NCBI GenBank assembly: GCA_963704435.1
Contig: OY969902.1
Span: 360,001-392,000, forward strand
Source: an uncultured archaeon
GTDB taxonomy: Archaea > Micrarchaeota > Micrarchaeia > Micrarchaeales > CABMGC01
Reading direction: 5' to 3'
DNA: 32,000 bases
This document shows positions 1 through 6,623 of the stretch, in pieces. Under the pieces are notes generated by a model, which had not been told where the DNA came from, made no database searches, and saw only the letters and a program-made list of their open reading frames with translations. A program made the translations under genes and the position numbers. Numbering within the stretch: the first letter of the stretch is position 1; each line of letters opens with the position of its first letter.

Positions 1-1
1 G

Positions 2-58
2 GAGGTCACGGAAAGGATACGGCGCTTCAAGGAGGAGCCCGAGAGCATGTACAGATGA
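2..58 (+). CDS. 3' end of an unidentified upstream CDS (partial)
   Basis: Frame 2 is open from the window edge to TGA at 56-58 (..EVTERIRRFKEEPESMYR*). Codon usage (ATA, AGG) matches the neighbours. Too short to identify. Confidence 0.25.
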   Translation, partial: EVTERIRRFKEEPESMYR

Positions 59-78
59 CGCTGATTTGAGGTGTTTTC

Positions 79-489
79 ATAAAAATAGTATATTCGGATG
101 CGAAGAGCGGAAGGACGGCGCAGACGGAGGTGCCGAAGGACAGGGAAGCGATGCTCATAGGCAGGAAGATGGGCGAGACCGTCGAAGGCTCGCTCATAGG
201 GCTCGAGGGCTACAAGCTCACGATAACCGGCCTGAGCGACAAGACGGGCGCGCCGTCAAGGAGGGAGGTCGAGTTCAGCAGGAAGGCGTCGCTGCTGCTA
301 AGCGGCGGGCCGGGCATAAGGCATCCCAAGAAGGGCGTCAGGGTCAGGAGGCTCGTCAGGGGCAACACGATAAGCGTCGACACCGAGCAGATAAACACGG
401 TGATAGCTGAGTACGGGCCCAAGGGCGTCGACGAGATATTCCCGAAGAAGGCCAAGCCTGAGGGCAAGACGGAGGGGGAGAAGGCCTAG
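79..489 (+). CDS. rps6e: 30S ribosomal protein S6e
   Basis: The translation contains the S6e core (GRKMGETVEGSLIGLEGYKLTITGLSDKTGAPSRREV...VRGNTISVDTEQIN). Similarity continues upstream of the ORF-track GTG-130 start (KIVYSDAKSGRTAQTEV from codon 82). An in-frame TGA at 67-69 bounds the frame. The start codon is unresolved: ATA-79 or GTG-130 (see finding). Confidence 0.85.
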   Translation: MKIVYSDAKSGRTAQTEVPKDREAMLIGRKMGETVEGSLIGLEGYKLTITGLSDKTGAPSRREVEFSRKASLLLSGGPGIRHPKKGVRVRRLVRGNTISVDTEQINTVIAEYGPKGVDEIFPKKAKPEGKTEGEKA

Positions 490-500
490 GCCTTCGACTG

Positions 501-1727
501 ATGTTTATGGACGATTTCCCGAAGCAGAGCCAGCTGAACATAGGCACGCTGGGCCACGTCGACCACGGAAAGACGACGCTAACGTACGCGATAACGCACG
601 TGTGGACCGACGTCCACAGCGAGAGCATAAAGCGCAGCATGACGATAAAGCTCGGGTACTCGGACGCGGTGATATACCTGTGCGGCGACGCGGCGGGGGC
701 CGCGGCCTACACCACCAGCGAGAAGTGCAAGAACGGGAAGCCGTCCAGGCCGGTGCGCAGGATATCCCTGCTCGACGCGCCCGGACACGAGACCCTCATG
801 GCCACCGCGATAGCCGGCTCGAACATAATCGACGCCGCGCTCTTCGTGATAGCCGCGACGGAGCCGTGCCCGATGGCGCAGACCAAGGAGCACCTCATGC
901 TGATAAACGCGCTGGGCATAAAGAAGGTGATAGTCGTCCAGACCAAGGTCGACATAGTGGGCAGGGAGCAGGCGCTCAAGCACCACGCGCAGATAACGAA
1001 CTTCCTGAAGGGGAGCAGCATCGAGGACGCGGAGATAATACCAGTGATGGCGAACAAGAACATAAACGTCGACGCGGTGCTCGAGGCGATTGCCAAGATC
1101 GAGATGCCGGTCAGGGATACGACGTCCGAGCCCTCGATGTACGTCGCGAGGTCGTTCGACGTGAATAGGCCGGGCACCAAGACAAAGGACCTGCGCGGAG
1201 GCGTCGTGGGGGGCTCGATAATACGCGGGAAGTTCAAGGTCGGGGACGAGATAGAGATAAGGCCGGGGATAAACGCATCGAAGGAGAAGCAGAAGAGGGA
1301 GGTCTATACACCGATAATAACGAAGATAGAGAGCCTGCTCGCCGGGAAGGACGAGCTCGACGAGGCGATCGCCGGCGGGCTGATCGCCGTAGGGACCGGC
1401 CTCGACCCGTCGCTCACGAAGGCGGACGCGCTCGTGGGTCAGGTCGTCGGGCGGGCGGGCAAGCTGCCCGAGTGCGTCAACGACATCGAGATAAAGTACT
1501 CGTCGCTGGACAGGAGCGACCTGCCCAAGCAGGCGTTCAGGCCCAATGAGCCGCTGCTCCTTGGCATAGGGACCGGCACGAACGTGGGATACGTGAAGAC
1601 CGCGAAGAAGGGCGCGCTCGGGATAGAGCTGAGGCACCCCGCATGCATAGACAGGAACACGAAGATCTCGATACTCAGGAACTTCTCACAGAGATGGCAC
1701 CTGTCGGGATACGGGACGCCTGCATAA
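501..1727 (+). CDS. eif2g: Translation initiation factor aIF2 gamma subunit
   Basis: GTPase motifs GHVDHGKT (G1) and DAPGHE (G3), 408 aa. Three-domain EF-Tu-like layout typical of aIF2-gamma. Lies 11 nt downstream of S6e. Confidence 0.95.
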   Translation: MFMDDFPKQSQLNIGTLGHVDHGKTTLTYAITHVWTDVHSESIKRSMTIKLGYSDAVIYLCGDAAGAAAYTTSEKCKNGKPSRPVRRISLLDAPGHETLMATAIAGSNIIDAALFVIAATEPCPMAQTKEHLMLINALGIKKVIVVQTKVDIVGREQALKHHAQITNFLKGSSIEDAEIIPVMANKNINVDAVLEAIAKIEMPVRDTTSEPSMYVARSFDVNRPGTKTKDLRGGVVGGSIIRGKFKVGDEIEIRPGINASKEKQKREVYTPIITKIESLLAGKDELDEAIAGGLIAVGTGLDPSLTKADALVGQVVGRAGKLPECVNDIEIKYSSLDRSDLPKQAFRPNEPLLLGIGTGTNVGYVKTAKKGALGIELRHPACIDRNTKISILRNFSQRWHLSGYGTPA

Positions 1728-1735
1728 GGATGGCT

Positions 1736-2722
1736 TCAGCCGATGCCTAGCTTCTTCGCCTTCCTTCCTATCTCTTCGACGAACAGCTGCCTCTCCCTTT
1801 CGCTGCCGAGTCCGTATTTCTTCGGGACGCTGAATCCGGATGCGTGTGGGTGCCCCCCTCCACCGAACGCCATGGCAAGCTTCGATATGTCATTCCTCTT
1901 GCTCCTCACGCCGGCGCTGCGCCTGCGGGTCTTGATGAAAATTGCTACGTCCGAATGAGCCCTTGCCATTATGGCCGCACATGCGTCATTGGTGTCTACC
2001 AGATTCCTGGAGGAAAATCCGACCGCGACGTTGCTCGACGCGGAGCGCATGGTCTTCAGCATGATGGCAATCGCGCTCCCGCTGAGCGCATCGTACCTCG
2101 ATGCGGCCTCCCGTATCCTGCCGTCAATGAACCTTCCGGAGGCGATCACATCGACCATGTGCCTCAGGTTCCTCTGCATAGCTTCGTATGTGACGGCCGC
2201 ATGGAGATAGCTGGCTCCGGAAGAGTAGCTCCTGCCAAGGTCGATGGCCCAGGAGCTCTTCTGCGGCTTTGCAAAATCTATGTGGTGCACCACGTCTACG
2301 AACTTCCTTACGAAAGCGCCGTCGACCCCGGTGTATTTCATGACGATCTCGGTTGCGCACGCGCGGCTGTTCTCCCCGACTATCGCGGTGCTGCACTCGC
2401 GCGCTACAGCGTCAATCGCACGGTCCGACCAGGGATGGTGGTCCAGCCAGACGACGAACCCTCCCTTCCGCTTTACCGACTTTACGAACCCCGACAGCAG
2501 GGCTATTGAGGATTCATTGCAGCTGAGATCGGTCACGTAGAGCGTCGTGCCTTTCCCGCATAGTTTCAGTACTCTCCGCGTGGCGTTCTCGATATCTTCC
2601 TTTGAGGGTTCCGAGAAGAAGATGTTCTTCGATTCGATTCCATAGCCCATCTTCAGCAGCGCGGCGCTGCCGACCCCGTCGGCGTCCGTGTGCGTCAGCA
2701 CTATTTCATACGCAATGGCCAT
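1736..2722 (-). CDS. DHH/DHHA1-family phosphoesterase (NrnA/RecJ-like), paralog 1
   Basis: Motifs THTDADG, WLDHHPW and GGGGHPHASGF. I prefer ATG at 2722 (MAIAYEIVLTHTDADG) over the ORF-track TTG at 2740, because a shared promoter-like motif lies 18 nt upstream. Confidence 0.85.
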   Translation of the reverse strand: MAIAYEIVLTHTDADGVGSAALLKMGYGIESKNIFFSEPSKEDIENATRRVLKLCGKGTTLYVTDLSCNESSIALLSGFVKSVKRKGGFVVWLDHHPWSDRAIDAVARECSTAIVGENSRACATEIVMKYTGVDGAFVRKFVDVVHHIDFAKPQKSSWAIDLGRSYSSGASYLHAAVTYEAMQRNLRHMVDVIASGRFIDGRIREAASRYDALSGSAIAIMLKTMRSASSNVAVGFSSRNLVDTNDACAAIMARAHSDVAIFIKTRRRSAGVRSKRNDISKLAMAFGGGGHPHASGFSVPKKYGLGSERERQLFVEEIGRKAKKLGIG

Positions 2723-2739
2723 GCGATGTATCTGCAGCA

Positions 2740-2751
2740 AAACAATTAGAG
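2740..2751 (-). promoter_or_regulatory. Shared promoter-like motif CTCTAATTGTTT upstream of DHH paralog 1
   Basis: The identical 12-mer (minus-strand reading) occurs at the same distance (18-19 nt) upstream of both DHH paralog ATGs. Its position fits an archaeal TATA/BRE of a leaderless mRNA. Confidence 0.35.
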
Positions 2752-2770
2752 CCCATCGGTGCGCGCGGCC

Positions 2771-3814
2771 CTATGCGGGCTCAGCGACGCAGATCGGCTC
2801 GGCGAGCATGCCGAGCTCCTCCGCCTTGAGCCTTATCCTCTCGACCAGCCTGCGCCTCCACGCCTCCACTCCATGGCTCGGCGGCCTCTCGACCTGGAAC
2901 CCCGCGGCGTGAGGATGGCCTCCTCCACCCAGCTTGCGGGCCAGGCCGATGATATCCCATCCGTCGTTGCACCTGATGCTGACGTTTCCGTCGTCCTTTA
3001 CAAGTATCCCTATGTCGGCCCCGGTCCTCGCGAGTATCTCCGCGCAGGCCTCGCTCGATTCCACCGCCTTTGAGAACCCCACCGAGATCCTGCCGGAGAT
3101 CGCGTATAGGCCTTCCAGCATCGCGGCTATCCTCTCGGAGTTGAGCCTCTCGAACCTCCGCGAGGTTATGAACATGCGCTCGTCAATGAAGCGCCCCGAG
3201 GCGAGGACACCCACGACGTGCCTGAACTCCATCTGCCTTTCCTTGCGGGAGCCCAGCGTGTTGATGCTCTCCATGCAGTATCCGTACGCGCGTATCGTCT
3301 CCGCCGACCCGAGCCCCATGTCAAGGGCCCCCGACCCTCCGACTGACCATTCGCCCTCGGGCGCGACCTGGAAGTCGGCGCAGTGCACGAGCTTCCCGAG
3401 GCCAGCTTCGAAATCTCCGCAGAGACGCAGGTACCTCCTTGCCAGCTCGGTCGCGCACTCCCGGCTCTCTCCGACCACGGCGAGGTCGCACTGCCTCGCT
3501 ATCGCCTCGGCCCTGCAGCTGCAGTCGTGGTGGTCGATCCACGCGACATGCGCCCCTTTGCCCTTCATGTTCCTGACCAGCCCGGAGAACGTGTCCGCCG
3601 CGCTTCCGCCGGTAGTTATATCGAGCAGGAATAAAGTGGTGCCCTCTCCGCTGGCCCTACGGACACCCTCCATCGCGTCCGCCAGCCTGTCCGGGAGGTA
3701 GTCCACGGGGAAGACGTTATTGACGTCCGTGCCGCACTTCCTGACGACCATCGCGGCCGCGGCCGCGCCGTCTATGTCGTTGTGGGTGATGACTACTGTT
3801 CCCGCTGGCTTCAT
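2771..3814 (-). CDS. DHH/DHHA1-family phosphoesterase, paralog 2
   Basis: Motifs ITHNDIDG, WIDHHD and GGGGHPHAAGF. ATG at 3814 (MKPAGTVVITHNDIDG) is preferred over the TTG at 3838. Confidence 0.85.
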   Translation of the reverse strand: MKPAGTVVITHNDIDGAAAAAMVVRKCGTDVNNVFPVDYLPDRLADAMEGVRRASGEGTTLFLLDITTGGSAADTFSGLVRNMKGKGAHVAWIDHHDCSCRAEAIARQCDLAVVGESRECATELARRYLRLCGDFEAGLGKLVHCADFQVAPEGEWSVGGSGALDMGLGSAETIRAYGYCMESINTLGSRKERQMEFRHVVGVLASGRFIDERMFITSRRFERLNSERIAAMLEGLYAISGRISVGFSKAVESSEACAEILARTGADIGILVKDDGNVSIRCNDGWDIIGLARKLGGGGHPHAAGFQVERPPSHGVEAWRRRLVERIRLKAEELGMLAEPICVAEPA

Positions 3815-3832
3815 GCATGCTATTGCGCGGAG

Positions 3833-3844
3833 AAACAATTAGAG
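3833..3844 (-). promoter_or_regulatory. Shared promoter-like motif CTCTAATTGTTT upstream of DHH paralog 2
   Basis: Second copy of the 12-mer seen at 2740-2751, 19 nt upstream of ATG-3814. Confidence 0.35.
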
Positions 3845-3872
3845 TCTTTCGTTCCGGCAAGGAGAAATAGTA

Positions 3873-3899
3873 GGTCCGGACTTGGGGGAAGTCCGGACC
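3873..3899 (-). terminator. Perfect 11-bp stem hairpin downstream of the wHTH gene
   Basis: GGTCCGGACTT (3873-3883), loop GGGGG, AAGTCCGGACC (3889-3899). It lies between the stop of 3910..4392 and the start of the DHH gene. Terminator function is inferred only from position. Confidence 0.35.
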
Positions 3900-3909
3900 C
3901 AAAGCCTCC

Positions 3910-4392
3910 TTACGGAGGAGATACAATTAGTGTATTGGTCGCCTTGCCAGCATCATACCTGTAGTAAACCTTGTGACCCAGCTGGAGCCTGTCTAGCAGG
4001 CCCGCCTTGTGCAGCCGGTTGAGCCGCGCGCACGCGGCGTTGTTGCCCCTGTAGTTCATGAAAGCCCTGACCTCGTCCGCGCAGGCCATTCCCTTCGCCT
4101 GGACGAAGTTTATCATCTTCGCGTCCACTCCCGAGAGCGGCACTTCCCTGTTTCCCGTGACGTAGTCCTCCTTCGAGCCGAGCTCCATCGCGCTGACCTC
4201 CTCCTCGAGCGTCTTTATCCTGAGCGTTATGCCCTCGAGCAGGCGGTTCGTCCTTCCCCTCTCATCTATGAGATACTTCACCAGGGCGGATGCGTCTGCG
4301 CTGGCCGGAAGCTCCGCGTGGCTGGACTCGCTGACCCTCTTTAGCTCGTCCCTGAGCCCCAGGATCTCCCTCTCCAGCTGCACGTTGTCCAT
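3910..4392 (-). CDS. Coiled-coil + C-terminal winged-helix (MarR/ArsR-like) putative transcription regulator
   Basis: The N-terminal half is heptad-like (LEREILGLRDELKR..LEGITLRIKTLEEEV). The C-terminal part (INFVQAKGMACADEVRAFMNYRGNNAACARLNRLHKAGLLDRLQLGHKVYYRY) has a helix-turn-helix plus wing pattern. Confidence 0.55.
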   Translation of the reverse strand: MDNVQLEREILGLRDELKRVSESSHAELPASADASALVKYLIDERGRTNRLLEGITLRIKTLEEEVSAMELGSKEDYVTGNREVPLSGVDAKMINFVQAKGMACADEVRAFMNYRGNNAACARLNRLHKAGLLDRLQLGHKVYYRYDAGKATNTLIVSPP

Positions 4393-4416
4393 TGCGCCAC
4401 TCCCATCCAGACTCTT

Positions 4417-4487
4417 TCATGATGCCTTTGTAACGGCTTCACGATTCTTGCACGGTTTTTTCATGAAAGAATCATGAAGTAATCATA
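4417..4487. promoter_or_regulatory. Helically phased TCATGA repeats upstream of the wHTH gene
   Basis: The palindromic hexamer TCATGA occurs at 4417, 4461 and 4472, with a TCATA half-site at 4483. All offsets are multiples of 11 bp. The first copy is 25-30 nt upstream of ATG-4392. Confidence 0.3.
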
Positions 4488-4779
4488 GTTAGTTCCTATA
4501 AGATATTTAAACGTTGCGTTTTTCGCGCGATATTCGGCCGCGCATAGACCACTGCAGGGACCCGGTGCTGTCGCCGAAAGCGAAGGAATATCGGAAGTTC
4601 CGGTGCCCTTGGACTTCCGGTAAGCCACTGCGATGGTTCATCTCACTTATAGGGGCGCTTAGGTCAAGGGCCCTATCATTGAAACACTAGCCGAGTCAAG
4701 TTATAAAAACCCTACGTTTTTAGCAGTAGTTGTAAGATTATTAATCTGTTACTTCGAATAAACAACTAGGTGGATTTGA

Positions 4780-5031
4780 ATGGACAGTGCGACTATTGAA
4801 GAATCCAAGATGTTGGATCAATATGACGCAAATTTCAAGTGGTTCTTCAAGAATCTTAACAGTCTTAGGAAGGAATACAAGGACACGTATGTCGCAGTTA
4901 GCGGAAGGAGAGTAGTCGGAGAGGGAAAGAATATCGATAAGCTCCATCAGAAGCTTGAAGCTTCAGGAATACCTTTGGAGACTGCTTTCATAAGGTTCGT
5001 TTCCGCTGAAAATGTCCTCGCAATCCTGTGA
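4780..5031 (+). CDS. Small DUF5678-like protein (possible antitoxin-like)
   Basis: 83 aa. The pattern ..FKWFFKNLNSLRKEYKDTYVAVSGRRVVGEGKNIDKL.. resembles the archaeal DUF5678 family as I remember it. AT-rich local composition. SD-like AGGTGG lies 6 nt upstream of the ATG. Confidence 0.45.
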   Translation: MDSATIEESKMLDQYDANFKWFFKNLNSLRKEYKDTYVAVSGRRVVGEGKNIDKLHQKLEASGIPLETAFIRFVSAENVLAIL

Positions 5032-5135
5032 TTTTGTGGCAAAGTTCGCTTTGCAAGAGGCGGAGTGGGAAATGGAAACGACAAAACGGGACGAAAATGG
5101 AATAAGACACCTAAAATAGTATATAAGGTAATTAG

Positions 5136-5792
5136 ATGAACCTTGATTTCCTGGAATGGATAGAGCATGCTGGCTTCATGCTGCGCATCGGAAGCTCAGT
5201 CGCGTACATCGACCCCTTCAGACTGAACGGGAAGAAGGAGCGCGCCGACGTCGTCTTCATAACGCATCCGCACTTCGACCATCTCAGCGTAAAGGACATA
5301 GACAAGGTAGCGGGGCCGAGCACCCTCTTCGTCGCGCCAAAGGGTTCCGAAGAGCAGCTGGCCGGAAGGGACTTTCGCATCGTCGAGCCCGGGAAGAAGT
5401 ATGAGGTAGGCGGAATCGCGTTCGAGACGGTCGCGGCATACAACAACAAGCCAGAGAGGCTGAAGTTCCACCCCAAGGCGAATGGGTGGGTCGGATATGT
5501 GATAGATGCCGGTGGAAAAAGGGTCTACCACGCGGGGGACACCGATCTCACTGATGAGATGAGGAAGGTCAGCGCAGACATGGCGCTGATTCCGATGGGC
5601 GGGACGTACACGATGGGAATCGACGAGGCGGCGGAGGCAGCGAATGCGATCCGCGCGGGCAAGGTTGCGCCCATGCACTACAAGGCGCACTTCGGCAGGG
5701 ACGGCTACAAACGCGCAGAGGAGGAGTTCATGAAGAAGGCCAGGAACGGGATAATACTCAATCAGGTCCAGGAGCCGTACTTCTCAGAGTAG
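5136..5792 (+). CDS. MBL-fold metallo-hydrolase (UPF0173-like)
   Basis: HxHxDH motif (ITHPHFDHL), later HAGDT and a C-terminal His. 218 aa. Confidence 0.85.
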   Translation: MNLDFLEWIEHAGFMLRIGSSVAYIDPFRLNGKKERADVVFITHPHFDHLSVKDIDKVAGPSTLFVAPKGSEEQLAGRDFRIVEPGKKYEVGGIAFETVAAYNNKPERLKFHPKANGWVGYVIDAGGKRVYHAGDTDLTDEMRKVSADMALIPMGGTYTMGIDEAAEAANAIRAGKVAPMHYKAHFGRDGYKRAEEEFMKKARNGIILNQVQEPYFSE

Positions 5793-6567
5793 GCCCGATC
5801 CTCTTAGCCAGCGAGAGCAGTTCATCTGGGGAGAGCTTGAACACCCGCTCGTCCTTCTCTGCCAGGCGCTGAGCCAGGGCGTCCGCGGCCTCGCGCCCGC
5901 CGGCCAGGTGACGGAAGGAATCGCGCAGCGCGTTCCTCACGGTCTTCTTCTTGTGCTGCATGAGCAGGGCTATCGCCTCCCTGTCCTCATCGCTGATGGA
6001 CACCGCCTTCGGCTTCATGTAGACGAGGGCAGAGTCGACCTTCGGCACCGGCTCGAAGTTGCCCCTGCCCACATCCATGATCTTCGTGATGCTGAGGCAG
6101 AGCTGCGACATCACGCTGAGCCGGGAATAGTTGCGCGTGCCGGGCGAGGCGGTCATGCGCTCCACGAACTCCTTCTGCAGGTAGAGAACCGCCTCGAGCC
6201 TGCGGCCTATGACGAAGTCGATCACCTTGCTGGACAGGTCGTACGGCACGTTCGATATCATTATGTCGACCTGGCCGATGCCCAGCTCATCGTCGCTGGC
6301 CTTGAAGAAGTCCTTGTTCACCAGGCGCAGGTTGCCGATTCCCTCTCGGCTGAGGGCTGAGAAGAGGTTCCGGTCTATCTCCACGGCCACGACGGATTTC
6401 GCGAACCTGCACAGCTCGCGCGTGAGCATCCCGTATCCGGGACCCAGCTCGAGGACGCGCCTGCCGCGCGCATGCTCCGCCGCGGGGACCGCGATGTACC
6501 TGTTGTTGAGGAAGCACTGGCCGAGGGACTTCCGCGGCCTGAGGAATACCTGGCGTCTTTCGAACAT
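5758..6567 (-). CDS. rsmA: 16S rRNA (adenine-N6,N6)-dimethyltransferase KsgA/RsmA/Dim1
   Basis: LGQCFL N-terminus, SAM-binding LELGPGYGMLT, VVAVEIDRNL, and ISNVPYDLSS. Its 3' end overlaps the convergent MBL gene by 35 nt. Confidence 0.93.
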   Translation of the reverse strand: MFERRQVFLRPRKSLGQCFLNNRYIAVPAAEHARGRRVLELGPGYGMLTRELCRFAKSVVAVEIDRNLFSALSREGIGNLRLVNKDFFKASDDELGIGQVDIMISNVPYDLSSKVIDFVIGRRLEAVLYLQKEFVERMTASPGTRNYSRLSVMSQLCLSITKIMDVGRGNFEPVPKVDSALVYMKPKAVSISDEDREAIALLMQHKKKTVRNALRDSFRHLAGGREAADALAQRLAEKDERVFKLSPDELLSLAKRIGPTLRSTAPGPD

Positions 6568-6623
6568 ATTTTATTACCTGCGTTCCATGTTTATTGGCGC
6601 GTCAAGGCTTATAGGCTTGTAAG

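Noticed and set aside
66-410. 114-aa ORF in an alternative frame over S6e (R/G/E-rich), and the similar +-strand alternative-frame ORFs 602..1168 and 9188..9616/11727..12155.
   Set aside because: They are off-frame shadows of real genes. Their composition is typical of frame-shifted GC-rich coding sequence.
579-1637. Long antisense ORFs opposite real genes: 579..1637(-), 12292..12993(+), 19796..20539(-), 22760..23707(-), 5196..5690(-), 7806..8300(-).
   Set aside because: They lie exactly opposite well-supported CDSs and have R/H/Y/P/L-rich, low-complexity translations with no recognisable motif. Stop-poor antisense frames are expected with this codon bias.
4575-4625. GGAAGTTCCGG / CCGGTAAGCC resembles RNase P RNA (GGAAAGUCCGG) or SRP RNA core elements.
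   Set aside because: Only a short, imperfect similarity. The region is too short for either RNA and the other conserved regions are missing. It is kept only as an unclassified ncRNA candidate.
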